Assembly (NCBI GenBank): GCA_046563655.1
Contig: CM102286.1
Span: forward strand, 10,416,001-10,480,000
Direction of reading: 5' to 3'
DNA length: 64,000 nucleotides
DNA from: Yuukianura sp. NJ FZ-2021
Taxonomy: Eukaryota
The notes under the pieces were generated by a model. The model ran no database searches. It saw nothing but the letters and a program-made list of their open reading frames with translations, and was not told where the DNA came from. Every line of letters begins with the position of its first letter. Positions within the stretch are counted from its first letter, which is position 1. Below are positions 50,788 to 64,000 of the stretch, piece by piece. The position numbers and the translations under genes are program-made.

Positions 50788-52697
50788 CCGTTCGAATCGT
50801 AAAGTTCGAATTCTATAGAGGAATAACTTGTATATAAAATATTGAACTTGAAATGTGCCAAAATCAATATGATCAAAATTAATGTAAGATGATATGATGA
50901 TAAACGAGATAATGAATCAACAAGATAAGTTACGTACCTACTTCTTCGTACTTATTTTTGGACGCTTTCTCAAAGTTGTTTTATGAGGGTTTACAAACAA
51001 ATGAATTCAGATTGTAACCATCTCCAGAAATGTTAAAGTTTAATTCGGGCTTAAAGTTAACAGTAATGCATCTTACAAATCTTACATTTCAAACGGTTAA
51101 ATGGCTTACTGAGAATGCGTACCGTGTGATTATGTTTAATAGAATTAAACGTCGATCGTATTTCCATTATTTTTCAAAATTTTCCGTTGGTATTTCCGGA
51201 AATAGAAAGGAAAGTGTAATCTATAATCCCTCTTAAGTGGAAAACTATCGCTCTCAAATATCAATTCTGTTTAGTAAGTAGTTTCAATTTTCAAAAGTTT
51301 CCAACTTTTTTATCCAGTATGTTTCGAGAAAAGCGACCTGATTAACCAAAACCAGAAAAAAGCTTTCGCAGAGAAAAAATGCTAACCAAGTTGGGGCTGA
51401 AATTGATTCACTTCCTGCTAAAGAGACATCCAAAATTGAAACTGGCGCCGTTTTCGCCGTTTTAGTGAAAAAGATCGTGCACTTCAAACAAGCCCCAAGC
51501 TTTGGAAGATGTCAAAAGTCACGACTTTTGGAGCAGTTTTTGTAGCATTTCTGCACTGCTTTGTAGTAATATTCCGTGAAATCCAACTATGTACCGACTA
51601 CGTCCGTATTTAAACGAATTCTTAAATTTTAACGATTAAACGAATTGTGTGGAATGATCGCAGCTTTCTGCCGGATCAACTTGATTTTACATTCATAGGA
51701 AATTGCTTGCATTCTCAATAATTTGCACAAATGAACAAAATCCGAGGTAATTATTTATTTATTTATTAATCCAGCCCATCGGGCACTCAGCCCACGGGGC
51801 CATCATAGCCGTTACCTTGCTGTTACCTTTTGACAATTTGGAGAGCGAGTGCTACTTAAACTATCAGATTAATCGTTACATTTGCATCTAGAGTTAATTC
51901 CTTTTATAAATTTCTTCTGTGACTCACACCATTCAAAATATTCCTCAAAGTGGTACTGAAATTCAAAGGAGACATCCTGAAAATAGTTTTCCCAATTTGG
52001 ATCAGTCCTTTTTGCACATTGGGCGCATTTTTTCTCAATAACTTTCTTAGCTAACGTTTTTGCTAATTTTGTCACGTCACTAAAATTAACAAGATTTTCA
52101 ATTTCCTCTTCTTTCATAATATGTATTAGATCTAAATCCTGCGGTCCAAAATCTGAGCATTTCTGAGTGCTTGGACAGAAACGAGAAATTGCAAGGGTCA
52201 CAATTCTCGTTCCCCTTCACTTTCTACGGTTAGATTCTTATATTAATTAAGTGGAAAGTGTTTAAGATCACTGAGCAATTCAAAACAAGTGTGAGAAGAC
52301 AAAATCTATCTTCCTTCTTTCACTTGTTTTGGACTTGTTTACCTTTCACCTCCCGTGAGTCCCATTAAAAGCAACTTAGTTGCTTTTAAAGCAAAAAAAA
52401 GCAAAAACAGCAAAAAAAAAGCTATTTACAGCGAAAAGCAAAGCATCGACTTTAAAAAAGCGCTTTTTACGGAACACTGCTCTCGAGTTAACCGGAGTTC
52501 AACTAAACGAAGTTTAACATTTCGAAAAGTTGGTTGGCTGAACCAAGAAAATTTAACCGTCAGTTAAAGAACTAAACTGAGTTTAACTAAACTCAGTTTA
52601 GCTCAATTTTAACCTGCAATGGACGAACTGGGCATTAGTGACGTAATCCGTTAATAGTAAATTGTAAACAAGAAATTCGTGAACTCTGACCTAATCG

Positions 52698-53257
52698 TCA
52701 GGTGCATTGCCTGTATGATTGGTCAGGCGCTCAAACAACTATGCCCACACTTTTCGCATTAACATACGCACGCTGCTCCACATCCCGAAAGTTTGCTATG
52801 TGACGAATCTTCAACGGTTTTGCCGTTAAAAGCAAAAGAAGGCAAAAATCCGGGGATTTCTGAAACGTCTTCCAGAAAACCTGTTTTCTAGACGAAGGGT
52901 CCTGTTTTCGTCCGATTGCAAACTCTCGGGATGTGGAGGAGCGTATGCGAATCACGGGTGCCTCTACAGGTCGTACCTTATGCAGCAAGACTTTTGGTTG
53001 GTATCTGGTGGAGGCTTTGTGTATAACTGTTTGCCCCTTCTCTGAGAAGAGAGGGAGGCACTGTTTTGTTAAAGGCGCAGTGCCTCCCTCTTTTCGCAGA
53101 GAAGCGGCAACTGGTGATACACAAAAGCCTCCACCAGATACCAACCAAAAGTCTTGCTGCATAAGGTCCGACTTGTAGAGGCACCCGTGATGCGAATGCG
53201 AAAAGTGTGGTTGTAATTTTTTGAGCGCCTAGCCAATCACACAGGCAATGCACCTGA
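52698..53257. mobile_element. Palindromic MITE-like element with a ~113-bp-arm internal hairpin
   Basis: Outer IR tcaggtgcattgcctgt / acaggcaatgcacctga; inner arms 52951-53063 and 53078-53191. Confidence 0.75.
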
Positions 53258-53607
53258 AGTCTTATGGGGAATTCCGTATATGCGAATCTGTCCATCCTAA
53301 TCTTAAACCTAATTATTAGGATATTCCTGTAATTTGTATAATAGTATGGTACGTTAGATTAGGCTAGGGATGACAAATCTTAAAACAGAAGTCCACGTGA
53401 CCTTTCACTTTCTCAGTTTATCACTTTAAGGTTCCACGTAGTACTTTCTATTTGAGGTCTTGGATACCTAAAAATTGCAAGATGCATTGTCGTTTAATTT
53501 TGCATAAATGGTTTTGTATGAGCTAATTTAAATATATTATAATTATTGCAATAAAGTAAATAAATATATGGCTTTATATATTATAAGCTTGTGGCTATTA
53601 CATTACA

Positions 53608-55372
53608 GGGGATTGTCATTGTCGTGATATTTGGTGACATTGACCTCGGCCTTTTCAATTTACCCCAAAAAAAAACCGCCATCAACTTTCCAATTCATAT
53701 TTGTGGAATACTAAAGTAGATGATATTTTGAAAAGCCATGAATTGCAGATTCTGAACATCAACTCTCAGTACATGGATGAAGCGTGTCCTCACAGTTTGG
53801 GGATGTCAAAGCCAAAAAGTTACCAGTGCGGTCGTTGTTAAATATTCAGTTTTTTTCATTTATGGCGTGTACAATTGACGACACGATTTTAGACAATATT
53901 GGTAGTATTTTTCCAAATGAAGTGGAAGTTATGATCGATATGGAGGATGTATTGTCTCGAAGGCTGCTTCCGAAACTTGTAAAACACCGACCTCAAAAAA
54001 TCACCATCAAAATGCCAGTGTATAGTCCAGAAGCCAAGGTCAAATCACAATTTAGAACAATGATAAAAACAATTTTAAATGCAACATTTCCCGACAACAC
54101 TTTAGAAAGGGGAAATTGGCTATTGTTTACCTTGAACGGGAAATACGGGTACCAGTATGACAACATCGTTTATGCCGATTGGTTAAAAAAGAGTATAGAA
54201 TTGCAAGTTATTTGAAACTACATGGAATCTCGGAACCGGAAGTAAGTTCAAGGCTGTTCTCACAAATTTATAACACCCACATTACATTTGTTTGCTGTAC
54301 ATGCTGTATTGGACTACTTTGCAACTGCTTGAGTTTTGTTGTGCTCATGCGCAAAGCAATGCGCAGCTCAACAACCATGCTTCTGTTGGGACTCACATGC
54401 TGCGATTCCATGTACTTGATTACGTCGTTTGTCACGTCAGAGGAATTCAGTAATTTGTTTCATGAAACATTCCGGCGTTCAGATTTGAATGGATATGTAG
54501 CGTACCCAATCAACAAAACAAGTAAGCATTTAAGTTTATGACAAAAAAATATTATGACGTAGTTAAGTAACACCTAGTCCGTTCCTATAGTGTATACGGC
54601 GTCGGTGTACATGACACTTCTCATTACGGCGGAGCGATATGTTGCAATTTCCAAGCCACTGCAAGTGTCATCCATTTTTACAATACGCAAAGCAGGGAGT
54701 TACACGCTGCTTTATTTGGATTTGCAGCATTTCTGAATTTACCGCGTTGGTTTGAATTTGCGAAGTGGAGCTACGAAGCATCGTCTCCTCTGTGGAACAG
54801 AAGTTTCCCGCGTCAGTTGCACAGATATCCACTCTACCAAATCATGTACCAGCAACTTTTGTGGTACACATGCATTTACTTGGTTCCCTTTGTTACCATC
54901 GCCACACTCAACATACTCATCATTCGAGCGGTAGTTTAATACAAAAATTATAAACACAAACTAAATAAATTAATAAAATGAATTGTTTATGTTATATTTG
55001 TAAGGTAACCAAAGCAGCGAGAGAGCGGCGCCTTACTGCAACCACCCACACTACTGCGCATGACTTTTCCCTGACTAGAATGTTGCTTTCAGTTGTGTTT
55101 GTGTTCATCCTGCTTAACTCTGTGCTGCTGCACTGGAACTCAACTTTATTCTGAAGGGAGTGGAGCCTGAAGTGGCAGCAGCAATTGTCTCTCTCCACAT
55201 ACTCATCAACCCTGCTCTCAGTTTCATTTTCTGCGCATGTCTCGGAAACAAATTTCAAAAAGAATTGAAACTTCTACTAAGAGAAGTTGGCACATGGATT
55301 TCAACTAAATGTTCTCGTAGAAGAGTAGGCAGCTCTAATCCGGTTGAGTTAAGGGAACACAGAGTAAGGTAG
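53608..55372 (+). pseudogene. 5'-truncated tandem copy of the LRR-GPCR gene
   Basis: Homologous to ~58580-60393, with a ~50-bp deletion near 53790 and 1-nt deletions near 54185, 54710 and 55120. Confidence 0.85.
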
Positions 55373-56409
55373 TAGTTAAGGTCGAAGTTACACATTATTG
55401 CATAGTTACTGCAACTGTTTCCAACTTTTTTGTGAAAATAATACATTCTGGCTTTTGGTGGTCGGTGAGCTTGTAGCATAGCATCAGATTTCAAAAAATG
55501 AAAGATGAACAACTGATTTTGATTAAAAAATTCAACTTAATCAATCAATCAATCAATCAATTAGTTTATGTGACATTGGCAATTGCCCTATCAAGTTACA
55601 TTTTAGTTTAGATTTAGTGTGAATTAAAATTCGGGATTTAGAAATTTAAAATACGGTAAAAGTATAGTTAAAGTTTATGGTTTGTTTGACTGTTATTGAA
55701 TTTAAGTTAAGCAAGTGAGACGCAGGTTTGCGGGTGTATGGGTGAATCGAGGGTTGAAATTGGTATTCTGTTCGGCTAATCGATTCTAATCGAAAGAGCT
55801 GCAACTTCTAAGAGAAGTTGCAACATGTATTTCAACTAAATGTAGTCGTAGAAGAATACGCAGATCAAATTCAATTGAGTTGACGAATCGAAAGGCAACA
55901 TAGTTAAGTTACGTAGTTTCACCATGTTACATAGTTAGCGCAATCCAAAGATTTCAACCTAACCTAATAAAAAAAATAAAAGCAATGTTTCTAATTTTAA
56001 CATTTCGCATGTACAATTTCGTTTAAAAAGTATTTCAAACCAATTTTTTTCACGCTGTTACTTCAGTTTTTCTAGAAAGTTTACGGTTTGTGGTTCATTT
56101 TTTTTTCTTTGGAAAAATTTGTGGTGGGAATAAATTTAAGCAGGTAATTTTTACGCGTTTTAATTACGGTCCACTACGCATTAGTAAATTTCTAACTTAA
56201 AAAAGGTTATCATAAAATTTAATTAGCACCTTAATTAGTTGGTGCTAAGCAAAAGATAATTAAACTACACCAAAATTTTTATTTTACAAACTAGAATAAA
56301 TTTAACACTTCCTTCCTTGTCTTACTTTCAAAAAGGAAAAGAGTATTAGACGTGCAAAACTTGGTGTCAAACTTTGAAATTTAACGGAATCTATATTTGA
56401 ATTTCAAAC

Positions 56410-59400
56410 ATGAATTTGTTGTTAGTATTTTTGGTTGTTTTAGAGGTGAAGGGCAAATGGCGTATCACTGTAAGTATACATCAAGACTTAGCAGGATCCT
56501 AAAAACTAATATAAATTAAAATACATGTAGAACGTTTACTTTATTATAGACAAAAGCTTTCAATATAATGTATAGAGTATGTTTTTTATTTTTAAAGGAA
56601 AATCAAATAATACTGGAAGGAAACTACCGTATTTTCCCTAATAGTACACCATACCTAAGTAGTACACCAGGTCCCTAATAGTACACCAGGTCCAGGGGCC
56701 GAAAAATTAATTAGTACACCGTCCCAAATAGTACACCAGGGTCTCTAATAGTACACCAGGGTCTTTGGTAATGTAGCATTAGGAGTATAACACCCGGAGA
56801 AGGTCGTTGAGCTAGTAATATTATAGCTCTTCATTTGTTGTGTTTATCTCCACGTTACTTCTCTCCAAATTGTTTCACTTATTAATATTCGTATTCTTAC
56901 TTAAAATGTCTCCCAACAAAAAAAGATCATTTGACCTGGAGTTCAAATTGAAAGTGTTGAAATTGGCCAAGGATAAATCAATTTCTGCAGCTGCTAAAGA
57001 ATACAACATTGATCGACAGAGTATTCGGACATGGATTAGAAAGGAAAATGCTTTAGGTGAGCAATTATTGTAAACAAAATTTTTCCTCATGATTACGTTC
57101 GTACTGAAACAGTATTTTGTTTATAGTGTCAAACGTGAAATCATCCAAGGTCAAACACAAAAGGTGATCGGCGGTGGACGGAAACGATTGATCCCTGAGT
57201 TGGATGATTCACTCTTTTACTGGATTACGGATTGGATAACGGAAACAGAACGAAGATCAGAACCATCACAAATTATTGCAATGGACGAAATCAGTCTGTT
57301 GTTCGACATGCTGAGCAACACAACAATTGCTCCAACTGGATCTAAAACTGTTCAACTAAAGTCGACTGGAAATGAGAAGGCACACGCTACGCTTGTTCTA
57401 GCGGCCAAAGGTGACGGAACAAAGCTGAAACCATTCATCGTTTTCAAACAGGGAATTCGAGAGGTAGCGAAGCTTCCAACTGAAACTGGGATCGTAATTC
57501 GTAGCAGTTCAAATGGTTGGATGAACGATGATCTGACCTGTGACTGGTTGAAAACTGTGTTAATTGACTCAAGTGGAGAAGAAGAATACGAGTTGGACAC
57601 TGTGGATACGGATTGTGAAAACGAAGTGGAGTAGTTTTTAGTAATTTAGAAATTATTTTCTCCTGATTCCTAAACGTTTTAGTGAAGAATAAAATCCTCA
57701 TTCTTAAAAAATTAATTAGTACACCGTCTCTAATAATACACCAGGTCCCTAATAGTACACCACCCCCAGAAGTCGAAAACAAAATTAGTACACCAGGTGT
57801 ACTATTTGGGAAAATACGGTATACGTTTCTGGAGGATTTCGAAGGATTTGAGAAAATATTGGCAGTCGATGGTCAGTGTGCACTAACAGCAGTGGAATTG
57901 AAATACGCGCGTGTGAGGAGATCCACACTCGGAAATTTTTTAGCCAATTGTACCAAGTTGACAACTTTGAAGTTGACGAGAGTAGAGTGGGAGTGGAAAA
58001 CAAAAAGGAATTTTGAAAAGCTTTACCTTCCCAATTTAAAAAAATTTGAATTCAAGCAAATGTATAATGCACTATATCTGTGGAGCGCCCACGAAACGCT
58101 AGAATCAGTCATCTTCTTTTATACAAATTCAAGCATAAAAAAGGGAGTAATTCCAGTTCTTCAGAATTTGAACTTTGACATTCATTGCTTTACTTCACAA
58201 AGCGGATCTATAGAACTGAACAATTCAAGGTTTGCAGTAAAGAACATTAAAGATGACGCCAGTTGGAGACTGTTATACACCATAACCACAAAGGTTAAAA
58301 CATTCGAGGCTGAGTACTGCACAATTGACGTGAGGTCATTGAACTTGATATTTGTCAAAGATTTGACCTTGGTATACAATGACATCATCGGTGGTACCAT
58401 ATCACAACTTATACAGTCCGCTATTGTCCTTGAATATCTAAGGATTGCTAGCAAACTTCCTGAAGCTGTTGATATCTCAATTCTTCCTGCCAACTCACTC
58501 GTCAAAATTGCAACAGAGTGGTTAAGTTTCCGCTACAATTCGGCTCCACCTCACTTGCGACAACAATTCGCCAAACTAGAGACGATTATAGTCTCCTTTT
58601 GTGACATTCACTTCGGCGTTTTCAATTTAACCAAAAAATTACGAGAAATTCAACTATCCAATTCGTATTTGTGGAAATCTAAAGTAGATGATATTTTGCA
58701 AAACCATGAATTGGAAATTCTGACCATCAACTGTCAGTATATGGATGAAGCGTGTCCTATAGTTGTCCTAGGGTCAATCGGGTTGAGGTCATTGGAGGGG
58801 CTAGTTTTACAGTTTGCGGATGTTACAGCCAAAAAGTTTCCAGTTCTGCCGTTGTCAAATATTAAGTTTTTTTCATTCATGGCGTGTACAATTGACGGCA
58901 CAATTTTAGACAATATTGGCAGTATTTTTCCAAAAGTAAAGGAAGTTATGATGGATATGGACGATGTATTGTCTCGAAGGCTGCTTCCGGAACTTGTAAA
59001 ACACCGACCTCAAAAAATCACCATCAAAATGCCAGTGTATAGTCCAGAAGCCAAGGTCAAATCACAATTTAGAACAATGATAAAAACAATTTTAAATGCA
59101 ACATTTCCCGACAACACTTTAGAAAGGGGACATTGGCTATTGTTTACCTTGAACGGGAAATACGGGTACCAGTATGACAACATCGTTTATGCCGATTGGT
59201 TAAAAAAAGAGTATAGGATTGCAAGTTATTTGAAACTACATGGAATCCCGGAACCGGAAATAAGTTCAAGGCTGTTCTCACGAATTTATAACACCCACAT
59301 TACATTTGTTTACTGTACATGCTGTATTGGACTACTTTGCAACTGCTTGAGTTTTGTTGTGCTCATGCGCAAAGCAATGCGCAGCTCAACAACCATGCTT

Positions 59401-60393
59401 CTGTTGGGACTCACATGGTGCGATTCCATGTACTTGATTACGTCGTTTGTCACGTCAGAGGAATTCAGTAATTTGTTTCATGAAACATTCCGGCGTTCAG
59501 ATTTGAATGGATATGTAGCGTACCCAATCAACAAAACAAGTAAGCATTTAAGTTTATGACAAAAAAATATTATGACGTAGTTAAGTAACACCTAGTCCGT
59601 TCCTATAGTGTATACGGCGTCGGTGTACATGACACTTCTCATTACGGCGGAGCGATATGTTGCAATTTCCAAGCCACTGCAAGTGTCATCCATTTTTACA
59701 ATACGCAAAGCAGGGAGTTACACGCTGCTTGTATTTGGATTTGCAGCATTTCTGAATTTACCGCGTTGGTTTGAATTTGCGAAGTGGAGCTACGAAGCAT
59801 CGTCTCCTCTGTGGAGCAGAAGTTTCCCGCGTCAGTTGCACAAATATCCACTCTACCAAATCATGTACCAGCAACTTTTGTGGTACACATGCATTTACTT
59901 GGTTCCTTTTGTTACCATCGTCACACTCAACATACTCATCATTCAAGCGGTAGTTTAATCCAAAAATTATAAACAAACTAAATAAATTAATAAAATGAAT
60001 TATTTATGTTATATTTGTAAGGTAACCAAAGCAGCGAGAGAGCGGCGCCTTACTGCAACCACCCACACTACTGCGCATGACTTTTCCCTGACTAGAATGT
60101 TGCTTTCAGTTGTGTTTGTGTTCATCCTGCTTAACTCTGTCGCTGCTGCACTTGAACTCAACTTTATTCTGAAGGGAGTGGAGCCTGAAGTGGCAGCAAC
60201 AATTGTCTCTCTCCCCATACTACTCAACTCTGCTCTCAATTTCATACTCTACTCCATTCTTGGCACCAAATTTCGGAAAGAATTGAAACTTTTACTAACA
60301 GAATTTAGAACATGGATTTCGACTAAATGCAATCGTAGGAGAATACGTAGATCAAATTCGATTGAGTTAAGGCAACGTGGAGTAAGGCAGTAG
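56410..60393 (+). CDS. Signal peptide + LRR-like ectodomain + FMRFamide-receptor-like class A GPCR, interrupted by a pogo insertion
   Basis: Exons 56410-56469, 56598-56626 + 57822-59539, 59609-59949 and 60022-60393 join in frame. Motifs TASVYMTLLITAERYVAISKPL, NLPRWFE, TRMLLSVVFVF, LNSALNFILYSILGTKFR. Confidence 0.8.
56627..57819 (+). mobile_element. Internally deleted pogo/Tigger-like (Tc1-mariner superfamily) transposon
   Basis: TA TSD; TIRs ccgtattttccctaatagtacacc / ggtgtactatttgggaaaatacgg; repeated subterminal agtacacc; HTH exon (KRSFDLEFKLKVL); partial DDE (MDE...TGNEK...DGTKLKPFIVFK...NGWMN) lacking the last catalytic region. Confidence 0.92.
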
Positions 60394-60610
60394 AAAAGTT
60401 ACGTGGTTACACAATGTTACATAGTGTAGTGAAAATAATAAGGCGACTTTCGTAGTAAAGCGACTTTCGTAGTAATTCGTTTCGGTGTAGTTCAATTTCG
60501 AAGTAAAGTAGCTTTCGTAGTAAATCGACTTTCGTAGTAATTCGTTTCGACGAAATTCATTCGTCGAAATGCGCTTCGTAGTAAATTCGGCGAAATGGCA
60601 TGGATCCGTA

Positions 60611-60958
60611 CAGTCAGATAGTTGGAAAGAGATTCTGAGGGAAGTACGAAAGCTTTCTGCTAGAGCTGGACGGGCTAGGGCCCTACCACATATCACAGCT
60701 CCAGGCAAGTGACAGGAACAGCATCGTACGCATACCGGCCCGCGACCCGCCTCCACAACTGCAACTACTGACCTCTTTACACGCACACATAACCCCCCAA
60801 ACTGACCTATCATCCGAACGCCCCATCTGGGCTAGGAAAGTGGAAAAACCATTTCTGGAAAACGACTTTCGTGTCGGCGACGCCGGGACTCGAACCTGCG
60901 CCCGTCCAAGGTGTTAGTAGGATAGAGCCAAAGCTCTAGTCCCCCCGGCCTATGGGCC
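60611..60958 (-). mobile_element. tRNA-derived SINE-like element
   Basis: The minus-strand head has a degenerate A box and B box GGTTCGAGTCC (60896-60886), followed by a GC-rich non-tRNA body. Confidence 0.6.
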
Positions 60959-61483
60959 TTGGACATTTCACTAATTAATTTATCTTAGTAGTTCCATACT
61001 CAACTTTGTCTAAGAATGTTGTCCGAGGAGTAGTCCATGGAAAAAACTGTCACATTAGTGTTCTTTTTTCCAGAAAAAATCGTTCGCAACAAATTAGCTA
61101 ATAATTTAAGCAACTAATTTTACCACGTTCTTAATTACATTCTAATTAAGACAATGAGTTAGTTCTGTTTCTTGCCAGTGAATTTCAAGGTCAAGGTCCA
61201 TGACCCCTTGAACTTAACTTTCTTTAGATCTTGATGTCACACTAATTAAAATTAATTTTTTATCAACTTCCCGCCTTTTCTTAGTATTTGTGTGATTAGT
61301 TCTGCTCTTCTTCAAATTCTTTACACACTCCTCCCTCAAAAACTAATAAATTTTACGGTTGAGACGCACTTCATGTTTCAAAATTTTGAAAACATTTTTT
61401 GAAAGTTTAGCCCTAAACTTAAAAACAACTTCGAACTCTCCAACACTGCTAGCGTCCACCCGCCAATTTTTGAACTTTTGAAA

Positions 61484-63086
61484 ATGTTAACTGCGAAGGC
61501 CATTGAAAATTTTCTGAGACTTTTAAACATTGGGACAAAACTCCGAATCTCACCGATTCTTTGGAAAAGTACAAACTGTACGCGGCGTGAGCGAGCGACA
61601 TATTTTTGGATCTACTGCGCAGGTCTGTTTTACTACACAACTGACGTCGTTTATCTACATTTTACTATGTACGGACTGCTAACTACTGCGCATACACCGG
61701 TCCCAGTGATCGTCAAAGTGCTAAATCACTTGCTCTCTAGATTGTTCACGCTTTTGTTCCACTACTACGCAATTTGTTATTCGGATCAACTCAAAATTTA
61801 TTGCCGACATTTGTTCCACTTACATGCAAAGTTACAACGTAAACTATCCAAAAATTACTTTTTGAATTTGAATTTGCATTTGACTTTTCGTTTTTTCATT
61901 TTTAGATTTGTATCATGACATGGATGAAACTCCCCAGCGGAAGTGGACAGTTGATGCCAACAACTTCGTTTCTGCCATCTACTGGCTGGTCATCTTCTTT
62001 CCGTTTCTGCCGGCCATGAACGTCTTCTCGGATCCGCTGAGTCCGCAGTACTGGCCAGCACATTTTATGCCGAACTGGTACAATACTTGGGTTGGCAAAG
62101 AACTTTTCAGTACTTGCGAGTGGTACTGCACTGCCAGCGGTGGGTATGCAACCGCCGTGTTTGTCACGTTACTCGTCATGCACATGCACACGCTCAAGTC
62201 ATGGCTCAGTTTCTTCAGGTAACTCCAAAATTACTGAATTTGAAGTACAGTAAAACCTCTGATTCGGAAACTTGCTCTGATTGGCTGATTTTAAAAGTTT
62301 TGCTTACCGTAAACGTTCCAATTATAGCCCACAGGAGACCAATCAAAATGTTCAACAAAATAAAGTTCCCACCATAACGTTCAACAAAAAAATATTTCCT
62401 CCAAACTGGTCAACAAGAAAAAGTTTTCAAATCAGAGGTTTTACTGTATACCAAAGAAAAGTTAACAGAATTTCAAACATCATTTGAGTTTTTATCATTT
62501 CACCTACATCAAAAAACTTTGATTTCAGTTGAATATTTATAAATTCAACCACAAAACTTTGATTTCAGTTAACTAACATTGAATTTTGAATTTTTTTAAC
62601 AGTTCCAGAGTTGATGAAAATGACGCAAATACATTGGACAGCACGGGAAAAGATTTTCGACTTGAATCGATTTATGCATACAAAGAACTGCAGTTGTTGG
62701 ACATCAGTTATGAAGATGCCATTAGAACATACTTGCCCATAGCTTATTTCCAGTTCATCGGTTATCACTGTGTACTAAATTTAACTTTAATTCGAAATCA
62801 CAGTTTCCCACGTCAGTTCATACCGGCACTCATAATTGCAGATTGCCTCCTCTTCTCATTTGCGCATGTGTGGTTTGGGAGTGGCGGAAAAGTAAGCAGT
62901 GCTGCAGAAGAATTGAAACTGCGTCTGCATTGCTCTACGTCACAGGCACACAAAAAAGGCGCCAACTCTTGTCAGGTGCTGTTCGTTGAAATTGGCCCGT
63001 ACATTAAGTTGAACAAACGATCAGTCATTGAGTATCTTTCCGTTTTGAGTAACTGTGTCATTCAGGCACTACTTTATGTTGAATAA
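61484..63086 (+). CDS. Gustatory/odorant-receptor-like multi-pass chemoreceptor
   Basis: Three exons (61484-61838, 61906-62218, ~62602-63086) with multiple hydrophobic helices and C-terminal GPYIKLNKRSVIEYLSVLSNCVIQALL. Confidence 0.7.
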
Positions 63087-64000
63087 ATTGTTTAAAAAAC
63101 GTTTTTCAAAAAATGACACAACCTTTTTTCAAAAAAGTACAAAAACTTTGTGTTTGTGAAGGTGATTTATTTATCTTAATGTCATTAGACAATGAGGATG
63201 AGCTTGTTGAAAACTTTGACTTTGATTTGTTTTTGCTGCGCCAAATTTTTGTCAAGGTCATTTAGTGGTGTAGCACTTGTAAAAATTGGCAAAAACGGCA
63301 CACGGTTGCAAATTCTTGCAAGGTCATCACTCTAATTGCTACGCGCAAACAGAGTAGTTTTTGTTCGACTTTTTTATGTAAAGTTTTCAAAAATTGCTTT
63401 TCTCTGGAGGCGTTTTGAACAATTTTGCTTTGAAAATTTTGCTTTTAAAATTTTAGCATACAACTGGTGTCAAACCAAGTATGACATCTTTGCCATAAGC
63501 GTTAGCTTTTCAGTTTTTGAGTTACAGTTTTCAAAAATTGGTGAAACACACTTTTCTTTTGCAATTCAGGACAAAAGAAGTGTAAAAGCAGGGCTTGAAT
63601 ATATCTGCAAAAGCCCTAGCAACAATACGAAACTGGAATCACTTGATAACCACGTTATCAAAAAGTCGGACGATGCGAATTGACATCACTAAATCAGTGC
63701 TAACTCTACTTAAACTGATTATTGAAATGAAATCATGCGATAAAGGTGTCAAATTATTATTGCAATTTAATCTTCAAGTTCACAAAACGTCAATGTTGAG
63801 TTAGTAAATCCAGTTTATTGTTGATAACAATCCAGTTTATAAGTGTCCGCTACGCTGGCTCTTATTGGACTCCGAAATTCAGTTGCACTTTTGCCAACGA
63901 GCGTAATCTTTGTATTTTACATCCTTCAACCGGTTTACCCCCGAGAGCAGAGAACTGTTGTGAAGTTACGGATGGAAGGAGTTGTCTACGGAACTAGTAA

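Noticed and set aside
51750..52201. Possible 5'-truncated LINE 3' end on the minus strand ((TAAA)n tail, small stem-loop, 110-aa ORF)
   Set aside because: No TSD or recognisable RT motif found; too weak to call.
57682..57821. N-terminus of the 625-aa ORF
   Set aside because: Derived from the pogo right end; the real upstream exons are at 56410-56626.
60870..60958. Functional tRNA gene
   Set aside because: A B box is present, but there is no convincing cloverleaf or acceptor stem and it continues into a SINE-like body.

Overview
AT-rich, intron-containing eukaryotic DNA. The host is an arthropod, and the gene content suggests a collembolan/basal hexapod (inference). The standout feature is a 5.8-kb Maverick/Polinton-like element at 23894-29684. 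About 60% of it is two ~1.72-kb terminal inverted repeats (TIRs) with AGTAG...CTACT ends and an ACTAC target-site duplication (TSD). Each TIR holds 21-bp tandem arrays and ends in a TATA-Inr-DPE promoter facing inward. The two promoters drive only two convergent genes: a C2H2-finger/A32-type packaging ATPase and a putative virion-core polyprotein with xxGG motifs. No polymerase, integrase, protease or capsid gene is visible. The element splits a TCAF/M60-like metallopeptidase gene whose frame is restored on excision. Other mobile DNA: a decayed hAT transposon with signal-peptide cargo exons, interrupted by an ORF1-only (HAL1-like) retroposon; a deleted pogo element inserted in an unusual LRR-ectodomain FMRFamide-receptor-like GPCR gene with a partial tandem copy; a DINE-1-like element; two foldback elements with 7-bp TSDs; several MITEs; and a tRNA-derived SINE. 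Host genes include two F-box/LRR genes, a Sex-lethal-like RRM gene, a chemoreceptor-like gene and several large low-complexity secreted or membrane proteins. Many genes show isolated 1-nt frameshifts that may be assembly errors. All family assignments come from motif recognition by eye; no searches were run.
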